This document shows positions 1 to 10,693 of a stretch of 64,000 nucleotides of DNA, one piece after another. A program made the position numbers and the translations under genes. The DNA is from Escherichia coli. GTDB taxonomy: Bacteria > Pseudomonadota > Gammaproteobacteria > Enterobacterales > Enterobacteriaceae. The DNA lies in assembly GCF_003019035.1 (NCBI RefSeq), contig NZ_CP027447.1; one strand, given 5' to 3'. Each line of letters opens with the position of its first letter. Position 1 is the first letter of the stretch. Below the pieces are notes generated by a model. The model ran no database searches, had not been told where the DNA came from, and was given only the letters and a program-made list of their open reading frames with translations.

Positions 1-1
1 A

Positions 2-1951
2 CTGACGGTCAGCGATCCGTTCCTCGGTCAGTACCAACAACTGGTCCGCGACGTGGTGATTCCTTATCAGTGGGATGCCTTGAACGATCGTATCCCAGAA
101 GCGGAACCCAGCCATGCGATTGAAAACTTTCGCATTGCCGCCGGACTTCAGGAGGGTGAATTTTACGGGATGGTGTTTCAGGACAGCGACGTCGCCAAAT
201 GGCTGGAAGCGGTAGCCTGGTCGCTGTGCCAGAAGCCGGACGCCGAACTGGAAAAAACCGCCGACGAGGTGATTGAACTGATCGCTTCCGCCCAGTGCGA
301 AGATGGCTATCTCAATACTTACTTTACGGTAAAAGCGCCCGAAGAACGCTGGAGCAATCTGGCGGAGTGCCATGAACTTTACTGCGCCGGTCATCTGATT
401 GAAGCCGGAGTCGCCTTCTTCCAGGCCACGGGCAAGCGGCGCTTGCTGGAAGTGGTTTGCCGTCTGACCGATCATATCGACAGCGTATTTGGTCCAGGTG
501 AAAGTAAGTTACACGGTTATCCTGGTCACCCGGAAATTGAACTGGCACTAATGCGCCTGTATGAAGTGACCGAAGAGCCGCGCTACCTGGCGCTGACGAA
601 CTATTTTGTCGAACAGCGTGGTGCGCAACCGCACTATTACGACCAGGAATATGAAAAGCGCGGGCAGACCTCGCACTGGCACACCTACGGCCCGGCGTGG
701 ATGGTGAAAGACAAAGCCTACAGCCAGGCACATTTGCCCATCGCACAGCAGCAAACCGCCATTGGTCACGCGGTACGTTTTGTCTACCTGATGACCGGCG
801 TCGCGCATCTCGCCCGTTTAAGTCACGATGAAAGCAAGCGTCAGGATTGCTTGCGGCTGTGGAACAATATGGCCCAGCGTCAGTTATATATTACCGGCGG
901 CATTGGCTCACAAAGCAGCGGCGAAGCGTTCAGCAGCGATTACGATCTGCCGAATGACACGGTTTACGCCGAAAGTTGTGCTTCCATCGGCCTGATGATG
1001 TTCGCCCGACGAATGCTGGAAATGGAAGGCGACAGTCAATATGCCGATGTGATGGAGCGCGCGCTGTACAACACTGTGCTCGGCGGCATGGCACTGGATG
1101 GCAAACATTTCTTCTATGTGAATCCGCTGGAAGTACATCCAAAATCGCTGAAATTCAACCATATCTACGATCACGTTAAGCCGATCCGCCAGCGTTGGTT
1201 TGGCTGCGCTTGTTGTCCGCCAAATATCGCCCGCGTACTGACCTCGATTGGTCATTATCTCTACACGCCGCGTGAAGATGCGTTGTATATCAACATATAC
1301 GCAGGAAACAGCATGGAAGTGCCGGTAGAAAATGGCACGTTGCGCCTGCGGGTTAGCGGGAACTATCCGTGGCAGGAACAGGTGACAATTGCGGTTGAAT
1401 CGCCCCAGCCGGTGCGTCATACGCTGGCTTTACGTCTGCCGGACTGGTGCACACAGCCGCAGATCATATTGAATGGGGAAGAGGTCGAGCAGGATATTCG
1501 TAAAGGGTATTTGCACATTACCCGCGAATGGCAGGAGGGCGACACGCTGAATCTAACTTTGCCAATGCCAGTACGTCGCGTTTACGGTAACCCGCTGGTG
1601 CGTCACGTCGCCGGAAAAGTGGCGATTCAGCGCGGCCCGCTGGTGTATTGCCTGGAACAGGCCGACAACGGCGAGTCACTGCATAACCTGTGGCTGCCCG
1701 CCGATGCGCCATTTACGACATTTGAAGGCAAGGGATTGTTCCGCCATAAGATCTTAATCCAGGCACCGGGTTACCGGTATGAACAGAGCAATCCAGAGCA
1801 GCAACCGCTGTGGCATTACGACAGTGCGCCAGCCAAACGCCAGCCGCAAACTCTGACGTTTATTCCGTGGTTTAGCTGGGCTAACCAGGGTGAAGGCGAA
1901 ATGCGGATCTGGGTGAATGAGGAAAAGCATTGCCATCCGGAGGTTGGATAA
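2..1951 (+). CDS. Glycoside hydrolase family 127 / DUF1680-like protein (beta-L-arabinofuranosidase-like), 5' end cut by window edge
   Basis: The frame of ORF 53..1951 stays open back to nt 2 (LTVSDPFLGQYQQLVRD...), so the true start lies upstream of the window. It is about 630 aa. HELYCAGHLIEA and the Cys-rich WFGCACCPPNIARV motif match my recollection of HypBA1-type GH127 enzymes. Confidence 0.7.
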   Translation: MTVSDPFLGQYQQLVRDVVIPYQWDALNDRIPEAEPSHAIENFRIAAGLQEGEFYGMVFQDSDVAKWLEAVAWSLCQKPDAELEKTADEVIELIASAQCEDGYLNTYFTVKAPEERWSNLAECHELYCAGHLIEAGVAFFQATGKRRLLEVVCRLTDHIDSVFGPGESKLHGYPGHPEIELALMRLYEVTEEPRYLALTNYFVEQRGAQPHYYDQEYEKRGQTSHWHTYGPAWMVKDKAYSQAHLPIAQQQTAIGHAVRFVYLMTGVAHLARLSHDESKRQDCLRLWNNMAQRQLYITGGIGSQSSGEAFSSDYDLPNDTVYAESCASIGLMMFARRMLEMEGDSQYADVMERALYNTVLGGMALDGKHFFYVNPLEVHPKSLKFNHIYDHVKPIRQRWFGCACCPPNIARVLTSIGHYLYTPREDALYINIYAGNSMEVPVENGTLRLRVSGNYPWQEQVTIAVESPQPVRHTLALRLPDWCTQPQIILNGEEVEQDIRKGYLHITREWQEGDTLNLTLPMPVRRVYGNPLVRHVAGKVAIQRGPLVYCLEQADNGESLHNLWLPADAPFTTFEGKGLFRHKILIQAPGYRYEQSNPEQQPLWHYDSAPAKRQPQTLTFIPWFSWANQGEGEMRIWVNEEKHCHPEVG

Positions 1952-2020
1952 GGCGCTCGCGCCGCATCCAACGTAGGGAGCACATTGCCTGATGCGACGC
2001 TTAACGCGTCTTATCAGGCC
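1946..2020. repeat. REP/BIME-type extragenic palindromes downstream of the GH127 gene
   Basis: ggataaggcgctcgcgccgcatcc (1946..1969) and gcctgatgcgacgcttaacgcgtcttatcaggc (1987..2019) are imperfect palindromes with the classic REP wording (gcctgatgcgacgc / cttatcaggc). Confidence 0.7.
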
Positions 2021-2062
2021 CACGAGTCGGTGCAGTTGCCCGCTAACCATCGAAACGCGAGA

Positions 2063-2473
2063 TTAAACGCCCGGCAATACACGCCGGGCAGCTTCTGCCA
2101 GAAACGCACTTCTGTTGGCGTAGTCTGGGTTATTGCGCACGTAGGTATCAATCTTGTTCAGTAACCTTTTCGGCATCGTAATATTGATACGTTCAGCCCG
2201 ACCTTCGAACTGATTCATATTGATATCCACCAGCAACCATTGCCCGCCAATAAAGTCCTGCGCACGCTGGACCAGATGTGTTTCCACAGAGCCTGGAAGC
2301 GGCAACTCTTCATCCATCTCGCATAAGGTTTCGAAGTGCGCGACCAGTGCACTTCGCGCATCCTGGAAAGCGTTGTCCAGCGTATCACCAGCAAAATAAC
2401 AGCCTGGAACATCAGGGAAAAAACCGCTGGCGCTGCCGTCAGGATCACTGTGGATATAGGCGGGATAAAACAT
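2063..2473 (-). CDS. hicB: HicB-family antitoxin (N-terminal HicB fold plus C-terminal ribbon-helix-helix)
   Basis: 136 aa. The N-terminus MFYPAYIHSDPDGSASGFFPDVPGCYFAGDTLDNAFQDARSAL is typical of HicB. The C-terminal NRSAFLAEAARRVL is RHH/CopG-like. It starts 16 nt downstream of a HicA-like gene. Confidence 0.85.
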   Translation of the reverse strand: MFYPAYIHSDPDGSASGFFPDVPGCYFAGDTLDNAFQDARSALVAHFETLCEMDEELPLPGSVETHLVQRAQDFIGGQWLLVDINMNQFEGRAERINITMPKRLLNKIDTYVRNNPDYANRSAFLAEAARRVLPGV

Positions 2474-2489
2474 ATTGCCTCCTGAAATT

Positions 2490-2675
2490 TTAAAATGTTA
2501 AACCAGCCTGACGCCCAATTTGCGCCAGCGTACCGGGCTTAATATCTTTTTTAGGGTGCGGAACCGTCACCAGACCCGGATGAACAGGGTGGCGGAACTG
2601 ATGATGACTGCCACGGGTTCGAATATGTTCCCAGCCATGCTGCTTCAGGATGGCGATCACGTCTGCACTTTTCAC
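2490..2675 (-). CDS. hicA: HicA-family mRNA interferase toxin
   Basis: 61 aa, MKSADVIAILKQHGWEHIRTRGSHHQFRHP...VTVPHPKKDIKPGTLAQIGRQAGL. This is the HicA signature (GSH..., TVP.H.KD..GTL). The toxin-first gene order is typical of hicAB. Confidence 0.85.
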   Translation of the reverse strand: MKSADVIAILKQHGWEHIRTRGSHHQFRHPVHPGLVTVPHPKKDIKPGTLAQIGRQAGLTF

Positions 2676-2717
2676 ATCCCTGCCCTTCCATGATTATACA
2701 CACGATACACACAATTA

Positions 2718-2731
2718 GTGATAACAATCAC
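2718..2731. promoter_or_regulatory. Candidate HicB operator: perfect inverted repeat GTGAT-AACA-ATCAC upstream of hicA
   Basis: gtgataacaatcac lies about 45 bp upstream of the hicA start codon in an AT-rich leader. The operator role is inferred only from position and symmetry. Confidence 0.3.
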
Positions 2732-2898
2732 GATAGCGCGATTTATATGGGCCGTCAGGGGGATAAAGTTGACTCAGGAATGCCGCTCGGAAGAAGAATA
2801 ACGGTGTGCAGTAACTTGTTGAAAAGATGCGAGGAGACTCGTAATTAAGTTCAATCAATATTCAGTCATTCAAGACGTAGACATTTGAATTGGTAAAA

Positions 2899-2920
2899 CG
2901 CGTAAGCGTCGCATCAGGCA
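2899..2920. repeat. REP-like element just downstream of aldB
   Basis: gcgtaagcgtcgcatcaggc carries the REP consensus wording. It lies between the aldB stop and the hicA leader. Confidence 0.5.
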
Positions 2921-2950
2921 ATGAATACCCAATGCGACCAGCTTCTTATA

Positions 2951-4489
2951 TCAGAACAGCCCCAACGGTTTATCCGAGTAGCTCACCAGCAGGCACTTGG
3001 TTTGCTGGTAATGCTCAAGCATCATCTTATGGGTTTCGCGTCCGATGCCCGACTGTTTGTAGCCGCCAAACGCCGCATGTGCCGGGTAAGCGTGATAACA
3101 GTTGGTCCACACGCGCCCGGCCTGAATGCCGCGCCCCATCTTATAGGCCAGATTACCGTTGCGGCTCCAGACACCCGCGCCCAGGCCATATTGCGTGTCG
3201 TTCGCCAGCTCCAGCGCTTCTTCCATAGTTTTGAAGGTGGTCACCGCCAGCACCGGACCAAAAATTTCTTCCTGGAACACGCGCATATTATTCTGACCAA
3301 ACAGAATCGTCGGTTCGAGGTAGTAGCCGTCTTTCAGTTCGCCTTCCAGCAGCTTGCGCCGCCCGCCGGTGAGCACGTCTGCGCCCTCTTTTTTACCAAT
3401 ATCAATGTAGTTGAGGATGGTTTCCAATTGCCCGTGCGAAACCTGCGCCCCCATTTGCGTCACGCTGTCGAGCGGGTTACCGCTACGAATGCTTTCGACA
3501 CGGCGGATGGCGCGTTCCATAAAGCGTTCGTAGATAGACTCCTGCACTAAAGCACGGCTTGGACAGGTGCAAACTTCGCCCTGGTTAAAGGCAAACAGTG
3601 CAAAGCCTTCCAGCGCTTTATCGAAAAAGGCATCTTCTTCATCCATCACATCAGCAAAGAAGATATTTGGCGACTTGCCGCCCAGTTCCAGGGTTACCGG
3701 AATAATATTTTGCGTGGCGTACTGCATAATTTGTTGGCCCACTTCCGTTGATCCGGTAAACGCCACTTTGGCGATGCGTTTCGAGGTCGCCAGATATTCG
3801 CCAATTTCCCCACCAGCGCCGTTAACCACGTTCACCACGCCCGGCGGCAGTAAATCACCGACGATTTCCATTAGCAGCAGTACAGAAAGCGGGGTAAGAC
3901 GTGCGGGTTTCAGCACCACACAGTTGCCCGCCGCCAGCGCGGGAGCCATTTTCCAGCTCGCCATCAGCAGCGGGAAGTTCCACGGAATAATCTGCCCCAC
4001 CACGCCTAACGGTTCGTGGAAGTGATAAGCCACAGTTTCGCTATCCACTTCACTAATACCGCCTTCCTGTGCCCGGATACACGAGGCGAAATAGCGGAAA
4101 TGGTCAATCGCCAGCGGTACATCAGCAGCACTGGTTTCGCGAATGGGTTTGCCGTTATCCCAGGTTTCAGCCGTCGCTAACAGTTCAAGGTTTTGTTCCA
4201 TTCGATCGGCAATCTTAAACAGAATTGCCGCGCGATCCTGCACCGAGGTATGTGCCCATTTATCTTTCACTTTATGCGCGGCATCCAGCGCCAAATCGAT
4301 GTCTCGTTTGCCCGAAGACGCCACTTCGCACAGCAGCTGCCCGGTCACCGGCGTCAGGTTCTGGTAATACTCGCCGTCGGCAGGGGCTACCCACTCGCCG
4401 CCGATAAAGTTGTCATAACGGGCTTTTAACTTAAGAGGAAAACCATACTCGCCGGGCTTAATCTGTGCTGAAGGGGGATTATTGGTCAT
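2951..4489 (-). CDS. aldB: Aldehyde dehydrogenase B
   Basis: 512 aa counted from [34 protein letters not shown]. Aldehyde dehydrogenase motifs are present ([23 protein letters not shown]). The 30-codon upstream extension in the ORF track was rejected. Confidence 0.95.
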   Translation of the reverse strand: MTNNPPSAQIKPGEYGFPLKLKARYDNFIGGEWVAPADGEYYQNLTPVTGQLLCEVASSGKRDIDLALDAAHKVKDKWAHTSVQDRAAILFKIADRMEQNLELLATAETWDNGKPIRETSAADVPLAIDHFRYFASCIRAQEGGISEVDSETVAYHFHEPLGVVGQIIPWNFPLLMASWKMAPALAAGNCVVLKPARLTPLSVLLLMEIVGDLLPPGVVNVVNGAGGEIGEYLATSKRIAKVAFTGSTEVGQQIMQYATQNIIPVTLELGGKSPNIFFADVMDEEDAFFDKALEGFALFAFNQGEVCTCPSRALVQESIYERFMERAIRRVESIRSGNPLDSVTQMGAQVSHGQLETILNYIDIGKKEGADVLTGGRRKLLEGELKDGYYLEPTILFGQNNMRVFQEEIFGPVLAVTTFKTMEEALELANDTQYGLGAGVWSRNGNLAYKMGRGIQAGRVWTNCYHAYPAHAAFGGYKQSGIGRETHKMMLEHYQQTKCLLVSYSDKPLGLF

Positions 4490-4596
4490 GATCGTCTCCT
4501 TGCGGTGTGAGGTATAACAAGGGTAGACGTGACTGGCGAAATCTTCGCCAGTCGATAACAGCTTTACGACGGCTATCACGAATTTACGGGCAAGGG

Positions 4597-5892
4597 TTAC
4601 AGCGGATAATGCGCGAAGTACACGGCTTGCTGGTCATTAATTTTCTTCTCTTGCGCAAACCCTTCTTTAACAATTGTCCGTAAATCAGCTCGAGCCGTAT
4701 TATCAGAGACGCCCAGGCTCGCGCTAATTTCAGCAACTGTGTACTCTTTCCCCGGATTGGCGAGCATCACATTCAGGAGCGTTACCTGGCGCGGATTCAG
4801 GCGTTTAAGCACACCAGAGCTAAACAGCACACTATCGAGTTTTGCGCTTCGTTGTGTAATTTCATCGATATGCTGCTGCCAGTTTTGCAGAGCACGTTTA
4901 ATGACACCCGCCTGATATTCAAGGAAATAAGTCAGATCCATACCATCTGATTCAGTGTACTGGTAGCTGGCGGCATATTTGACCGGTGCAGCATGAAGCA
5001 AACGGCTGATGGAAATATATTTAAAGACATCGTAGCCCGATTTCAGCATATACCAGTAAAACAGCGCCCGACTGGTGCGCCCGTTGCCATCCCGAAACGG
5101 ATGTTCATGGGCCAGCATAAAATGCAGAATGCAGGCACGGACCAACGGATGAATATACCCTTCATGGCTGTTTAACCACTGGCAAACTTTTTCCAGCCGT
5201 TCCGGTAACAATGCCGCAGCGGGCGGTTGATGCACTATACTGCCATCATAGTCGGCGATCACAACATCATCTGTTTCACGAAATTCTCCCGGACGATATT
5301 TCGCGTCATTGATTCCACCCATACCAATGGCATGTAACTGGCGAATAAGCGCAGGTGTCAGCGGTTCTGCGAGTAAGTGCGGAATTTCCGCCATCAGCCG
5401 GGCATTTCCCGCAATCATATGCTCGTCTTCAGTGCGTGGCGACCGCCCTGTTTCCAGCATTTTTCTCGCCACCAGCGTTGTAGTATTCGCACCCTCCAGC
5501 TGGGAGCTGGTGATCGGCTCTTCCAGGCGTAACTGGCTTAACTCGGCTCCGGCCCCGCGTAACCGTTCAGTCTGATCTTTCAGCGCCAGCGCGGTAGCAC
5601 GTTTGTCGACAAGCTCGCACGCTTCTGCAATCACCGGGGTAATGTTGAATCCGGCCTGTTCACCCGCTTCATTGCAATAATTAATTCGTTGGATCGCCGC
5701 GTTGCGCGCCAGACGGGTAAGCGTCCACGCCACATCGACGTTTTCTCCTTTTTTGATGCGGTACTGCAACTCATCAAAAGGCAGATAACGTCCTTTTTCA
5801 TCGGTAACCCGGTTAAAGCGCAGGTGGGCCAGGAGTTCCTCACCCGATAAGTGTGATAAAGGAATAAGTCCGGGAGGTGATTTGATAGCCAT
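4597..5892 (-). CDS. Fic-domain protein (putative AMPylase) with N-terminal inhibitory-helix motif and C-terminal winged-helix-like domain
   Basis: The canonical Fic motif [12 protein letters not shown] lies at about residues 263-274. An (S/T)xxxE(G/N) motif, SSQLEG, lies at about residues 129-134, as in class II autoinhibited Fic proteins. The C-terminal segment [28 protein letters not shown] looks HTH-like. Confidence 0.85.
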   Translation of the reverse strand: MAIKSPPGLIPLSHLSGEELLAHLRFNRVTDEKGRYLPFDELQYRIKKGENVDVAWTLTRLARNAAIQRINYCNEAGEQAGFNITPVIAEACELVDKRATALALKDQTERLRGAGAELSQLRLEEPITSSQLEGANTTTLVARKMLETGRSPRTEDEHMIAGNARLMAEIPHLLAEPLTPALIRQLHAIGMGGINDAKYRPGEFRETDDVVIADYDGSIVHQPPAAALLPERLEKVCQWLNSHEGYIHPLVRACILHFMLAHEHPFRDGNGRTSRALFYWYMLKSGYDVFKYISISRLLHAAPVKYAASYQYTESDGMDLTYFLEYQAGVIKRALQNWQQHIDEITQRSAKLDSVLFSSGVLKRLNPRQVTLLNVMLANPGKEYTVAEISASLGVSDNTARADLRTIVKEGFAQEKKINDQQAVYFAHYPL

Positions 5893-5897
5893 GTGCT

Positions 5898-5976
5898 TAT
5901 CTCAAAAAAGCGCAATATTGAGATAGTGTATAGCAGGAAAGAGAAACTATCTCAAAAAAAGCAAGTTTTGAGATAG
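5898..5976 (-). promoter_or_regulatory. Twin palindromes in the fic leader with a putative sigma70 promoter between them
   Basis: TATCTCAA-N12-TTGAGATA lies at 5898..5925 and CTATCTCAAAA-N8-TTTTGAGATAG at 5947..5976. On the minus strand, TTGAGA (5950..5955), a 17-nt spacer and TATACA (5927..5932) resemble -35/-10 elements. The proximal palindrome also covers the GAGA Shine-Dalgarno-like sequence. Confidence 0.4.
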
Positions 5977-5979
5977 TTG

Positions 5980-6006
5980 AAAAAGCGGCTGACAACTCGC
6001 CAGCCG
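5980..6006 (-). terminator. Rho-independent terminator downstream of yiaY
   Basis: On the minus strand, CGGCUG-(9 nt loop)-CAGCCG is followed by CUUUUUC, 15 nt after the yiaY stop. Confidence 0.6.
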
Positions 6007-6021
6007 TTGTGGGAATGATGA

Positions 6022-7173
6022 TTACATTGCGGCGCGATAAATCGCCACAATTTCTTCGTGAGTTGCCTGGATCGGGTTAGTAAAGCCACAGGCATCTTTC
6101 AGGGCATTAGTCGCCAGTACCGTGAAATCTTCTTCTTTCACGTTCAGATCGCGTAGGCCTGCCGGGATATCCACTTTCTTCGCCAGTTCACGGATGGCGT
6201 TAATGCAGGCTTCAGCCCCTTCCGCGTCATTTTTGCCTGTCACGTTCACGCCCATAGCAGCAGCACAGTCACGCAGACGCGCAGCGGCGACTTTGCTGTT
6301 GAATACCTGAACATGCGGCAGCAGAACAGCATTACATACACCGTGTGGCAGGTTGTAGAAACCGCCCAGCTGGTGCGCCATCGCATGAACATAACCCAGA
6401 GAAGCATTATTGAACGCCATACCGGCGAGGAACTGGGCATAAGCCATTGCTTCACGCGCTTTAGCATTGCTGCCATCTTCAACGGCTAACGGCAGATTTT
6501 CGGCAATCATGGTCACCGCTTTCAGTGCGCAAGCGTCAGTGATCGGCGTGGCGGCAATAGAAACATACGCTTCGATAGCGTGCGTTAAGGCATCCATACC
6601 CGTTGCGGCGGTCAGTGACTTCGGCATACCGATCATCAGAGAGGAGTCATTGACAGAAAGCAACGGAGTTACATGTTTATCAACAATCGCCATTTTGATA
6701 TGACGCGCTTCGTCAGTGATGATGCAGAAACGGGTCATTTCAGAGGCCGTACCCGCCGTGGTATTGATGGCGATCATCGGCAGCTGCGGTTTTGCAGAGC
6801 GGTCAACGCCTTCGTAATCGCGAATATCGCCGCCATTGGCTGCCACCAGCGCAATACCTTTTGCGCAGTCGTGCGGAGAACCACCGCCTAAGGAGATCAC
6901 GCTATCGCAATTATTTTCTTTAAGTAATTTCAAACCTGCGGCGACGTTTTCCGTGGTGGGGTTAGGTTGGGTGCCATCATAAATAACGCTAAAAATATTG
7001 CGTTCTTCCAGTGCTTTTTGCACATCACCCGCCATACCCAATTTCGTTAACATATTGTCGGTGACAATTAAGGTACGGGTAAATCCATAATCTGCCATCA
7101 TATTCATTGCATCATTCAATGAATCAGCACCAATAACATTCACGGAAGGAATAAAAAAGGTTGAAGCTGCCAT
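6022..7173 (-). CDS. yiaY: Iron-containing (group III) alcohol dehydrogenase YiaY
   Basis: 383 aa, [19 protein letters not shown].... It has Fe-ADH motifs ([11 protein letters not shown], and HAMAHQLGG with metal-binding His residues). Its position between aldB and selB matches K-12. Confidence 0.9.
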   Translation of the reverse strand: MAASTFFIPSVNVIGADSLNDAMNMMADYGFTRTLIVTDNMLTKLGMAGDVQKALEERNIFSVIYDGTQPNPTTENVAAGLKLLKENNCDSVISLGGGSPHDCAKGIALVAANGGDIRDYEGVDRSAKPQLPMIAINTTAGTASEMTRFCIITDEARHIKMAIVDKHVTPLLSVNDSSLMIGMPKSLTAATGMDALTHAIEAYVSIAATPITDACALKAVTMIAENLPLAVEDGSNAKAREAMAYAQFLAGMAFNNASLGYVHAMAHQLGGFYNLPHGVCNAVLLPHVQVFNSKVAAARLRDCAAAMGVNVTGKNDAEGAEACINAIRELAKKVDIPAGLRDLNVKEEDFTVLATNALKDACGFTNPIQATHEEIVAIYRAAM

Positions 7174-7261
7174 AACACACTCCTGAAAGTGTAAAAAAGG
7201 GCGGGCAGCTTACTGAGGATTTTCATTTGAAAATATGATCAACATTACCGTTTATTAAAAT

Positions 7262-7302
7262 ATTTTTAATAAAAAGCACGTTACATTCATCAAATAACGT
7301 GC
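7262..7302 (-). terminator. Rho-independent terminator downstream of selB
   Basis: Stem GCACGTTA (7276..7283) pairs with TAACGTGC (7295..7302). On the minus strand it is followed by UUUUUAUUAAAAAUA. Confidence 0.65.
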
Positions 7303-7363
7303 CTTCTTAACATTAATAAGAAATTTTGTATTAATTCATATTTATTATGAATTAATCATTTCC

Positions 7364-9208
7364 TTATTTTTCCGGAAATAATAATGCGTCGCGCAATAAA
7401 TGATCATTTCCACGACGACGCGTAAAGCCAATGCGGTCAAAATATTCCAGAATCTGAATTGCCAGCTTTCGGCCTACGCCTAAGCGATCGCGGAAATCCG
7501 CCGCGCAGGTTGAACCACACTCCTGATCGAGATCGCGGATCATATTGGCAAATTCGACAATCCGATCGTTACGGTAATAACGATCTTTAACGATCGCGGT
7601 AATTATCCCCTGCTGCGCCGCCTGGCGTAGAGTCAGGCGCATTGCCTGCTCGTCGGTTCCCGTCTCTTTTGCCAGATCACGCACCCACCACGGTTCGTCA
7701 CCAAACAGCGGCTCTGCTTTTTGCCAGATGGCCTGCTGCTCTTCGCTGAAGCCCGCTTTGTGATCCGGCAGATGCAGCCAGCCGTGATGACTGAGGATGT
7801 CGCCGCTTTCGCGCATCTTTTCAATCAGCAACAGTACCAGCGCTTCATCTTCCATTGGCAACGCCATACGTCGCAGACGTTCGCGCCCAGGACCAGGCTC
7901 ATCGCGATGTTGCTCATGATAAGTCGCTAATGTGTCGATAATTTTCCGCTGCCAGCGGGCGGCAACTGGCGCATTCAACAAGCTGTAACCAGCCTGAATA
8001 TAGCCAGGCTGTTGCAGCAGTTCGCGCATCCCTTCGCCGTTGAGCTGCCGTGCCCAGGCGAAATCCGCAAGGTTAACCGCGCCGCGTTCCAGATGAACAG
8101 ATAACGCATCGGCATCGCTCTGCGCCCGTGCAAGAGACGCCAGCCATTGCAGATATTCCGGCTTACGCTTACCGCGACGCGGCGGGTTAAGCATCACCAC
8201 ACGCGCCCCCGCCAGCGTGTTGCGGGCCGAGATATCGCGCAGCACTATGCGATCGTTATCCGCCAGCCACAGCGGCGTGTCGAACACCAGCTCGGCAAGG
8301 TTATCTTCCAGCAGCGAAACGCGTCCCGTAACGTGGCTGGCGGCGTGGTGAATATGCAGCGGCTGCCACTGGGTCAGCGGTGTATGGGTTTGAAGCTCAA
8401 CTATCACCCGCGTAAACGGCTCCGGCGGCGCATCGGCAAGCAACCAGTCGCCACGGTTAATCTGTTCTTTTTCCGCATCACCCGCGATGTTAAGCGCAAT
8501 ACGCTGCCCGGCATGAGCTGCATCTGTTGGCTGATTTTGCGCATGTAGCGCACGCACGCGCATCGGTTTATTTACACCAGTCAGCCAGATTGAATCGCCT
8601 ACCTTCACTTCCCCGCTTAACGCCGTACCGGTGACGACCAGCCCGGCACCTTTTACGGTAAATGCGCGGTCGATCGCGAGGCGGAAACTATGTTGGCTGG
8701 CGTGTTCGCGTTCTGGTAACTGAAGCAGATGCTCGCGCAGGGCATCAATTCCCCGACCTTCGGTTGCTGCGGTGATAAACAGTTTTGCCTCAGCAAAACC
8801 GTATTCCCGCAGCACCTCCTTTACCTGGCGTTCAACCTCATCAACACGCGCTTCGTCCACGCGATCGGCTTTGGTCAGCGCCACTGTCAGCATCGGATTA
8901 CCGGTCAGCTGCAAAATCGCCAGATGCTCACGGGTCTGTGCCATCACGCCGTCATCGCACGCCACCACCAACAGCGCGTGATCGATACCACCAACGCCCG
9001 CCAGCATGTTGGAAAGAAACTTTTCATGACCGGGTACGTCGATAAAACCAGGCACGCGACCATCCGGCTGCGGCCAGTAGGCATAGCCGAGATCGATGGT
9101 CATGCCGCGCTTTTTTTCTTCCGGCAGACGGTCGGCATTTACGCCAGTAATCGCCTGCAATAAGGTTGTTTTGCCGTGGTCAACGTGTCCGGCAGTCGCA
9201 ATAATCAT
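7364..9208 (-). CDS. selB: Selenocysteine-specific translation elongation factor SelB
   Basis: 614 aa, [22 protein letters not shown]. It has GTPase G motifs ([12 protein letters not shown]) and a long C-terminal winged-helix extension. It overlaps selA by 4 nt. Confidence 0.95.
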   Translation of the reverse strand: MIIATAGHVDHGKTTLLQAITGVNADRLPEEKKRGMTIDLGYAYWPQPDGRVPGFIDVPGHEKFLSNMLAGVGGIDHALLVVACDDGVMAQTREHLAILQLTGNPMLTVALTKADRVDEARVDEVERQVKEVLREYGFAEAKLFITAATEGRGIDALREHLLQLPEREHASQHSFRLAIDRAFTVKGAGLVVTGTALSGEVKVGDSIWLTGVNKPMRVRALHAQNQPTDAAHAGQRIALNIAGDAEKEQINRGDWLLADAPPEPFTRVIVELQTHTPLTQWQPLHIHHAASHVTGRVSLLEDNLAELVFDTPLWLADNDRIVLRDISARNTLAGARVVMLNPPRRGKRKPEYLQWLASLARAQSDADALSVHLERGAVNLADFAWARQLNGEGMRELLQQPGYIQAGYSLLNAPVAARWQRKIIDTLATYHEQHRDEPGPGRERLRRMALPMEDEALVLLLIEKMRESGDILSHHGWLHLPDHKAGFSEEQQAIWQKAEPLFGDEPWWVRDLAKETGTDEQAMRLTLRQAAQQGIITAIVKDRYYRNDRIVEFANMIRDLDQECGSTCAADFRDRLGVGRKLAIQILEYFDRIGFTRRRGNDHLLRDALLFPEK

Positions 9209-10596
9209 TTCAACAACATCTCCAAAAACCGTTGCTCATCTTCAAGGCAGCGTAAATCCAGCCACAATCGTCCGTCATAAATACGACCAATCACCGGCAC
9301 TGGCAATTCACGCCAGCGGGCGGCTAATGACTCAAGGTGGCTACCGCGTCCATCATGGGGTGTAAACGTTAATGCCGCGCTCGGCAGGCGATCAACCGGC
9401 AGCGAACCACTGCCAATCTGCGAAAGACATGGCATAACCTGTACCGCAAACTCCGCGCCGTAATGTGCGGCAAGGGGAGCCTGTAAACGTTGTGCCTGGA
9501 TTTGAATGACCTCTGCGCTGCGGGTAAGCAGGCGCAGGGTCGGTAATTTTTTACTCAGAGCTTCAGGGTGTAAATAAAGACGCAACGTGGCTTCCAGCGC
9601 CGCAAGGGTCATTTTATCCGCGCGTAATGCACGCTTCAGCGGGTGGCTTTGCAGGCGGGCGATCATCTCTTTTTTACCAACGATAATCCCTGCCTGCGGC
9701 CCGCCTAACAACTTGTCGCCGGAGAAACTCACCAGACTGACGCCCGCCGCAATCAACTCCTGCGGCATTGGCTCTTTCGGCAAACCGTACTGGCTAAGAT
9801 CGACCAGCGAGCCACTGCCTAAATCAGTCACCACGGGAATATCCAGTTCTTTGCCAAGCGCCACCAGTTCAGCTTCGTCTATCGCTTTGGTGAACCCCTG
9901 AATGCTGTAGTTACTGGTATGTACTTTCATCAACAGTGCGGTATTTTCATTCACCGCCTGACGATAATCATTCGCGTGCGTGCGGTTGGTGGTCCCTACT
10001 TCGTGTAGGGTGCAGCCTGCCTGACGCATAACATCGGGAATACGAAACGCGCCGCCAATCTCCACCAGTTCGCCGCGAGAAACCACCACCTCTTTCCCGC
10101 TGGCAGTGGCCGCCAACATCAATAACACCGCCGCCGCATTGTTATTAACGATACAGGCATCTTCCGCCCCCGTAATACGGCACAGCAGCTGCGCCAGCGC
10201 ACGATCGCGATGTCCGCGTCCGGCGTCGTCCAGATCGTACTCGAGGGTCACTGGCGAACGCATAGCCTTCGTAACGGCTTCCACCGCGGCTTCCGCCTGT
10301 AAAGCTCGCCCAAGGTTGGTATGCAGCACGGTTCCCGTCAGGTTGATCACCGGACGCAGCGCGCTTTGCGCCTCTTTCGTCAACCGGGCATCAACTTCTT
10401 GCGCCCAGTTTTCACACCATGCGGGCAGCGTCTGGCTGCCACGAATCACTTCTCGCGCTTCGTCGAGCATCTGACGCAACAATTCCACCACGCGGGTGTG
10501 ACCATAAGTATCACGCAAAGAAAGGAAGGAGCTATCGCGCAATAAGCGATCAATAGCCGGAAGTTGACTATAGAGGGAACGCGTTTCGGTTGTCAT
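9205..10596 (-). CDS. selA: L-seryl-tRNA(Sec) selenium transferase SelA
   Basis: 463 aa, [21 protein letters not shown].... It contains the PLP-lysine region [13 protein letters not shown] and sits in the selAB operon arrangement. Confidence 0.95.
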   Translation of the reverse strand: MTTETRSLYSQLPAIDRLLRDSSFLSLRDTYGHTRVVELLRQMLDEAREVIRGSQTLPAWCENWAQEVDARLTKEAQSALRPVINLTGTVLHTNLGRALQAEAAVEAVTKAMRSPVTLEYDLDDAGRGHRDRALAQLLCRITGAEDACIVNNNAAAVLLMLAATASGKEVVVSRGELVEIGGAFRIPDVMRQAGCTLHEVGTTNRTHANDYRQAVNENTALLMKVHTSNYSIQGFTKAIDEAELVALGKELDIPVVTDLGSGSLVDLSQYGLPKEPMPQELIAAGVSLVSFSGDKLLGGPQAGIIVGKKEMIARLQSHPLKRALRADKMTLAALEATLRLYLHPEALSKKLPTLRLLTRSAEVIQIQAQRLQAPLAAHYGAEFAVQVMPCLSQIGSGSLPVDRLPSAALTFTPHDGRGSHLESLAARWRELPVPVIGRIYDGRLWLDLRCLEDEQRFLEMLLK

Positions 10597-10693
10597 AGGA
10601 AACCTGGCTGATCAAGGCCCTCTCACACGGAGAAGGGCGTTTAACATAACCACGGATTGTAACGTGAGATGGGTCAGGAGGACATATCGCGCA

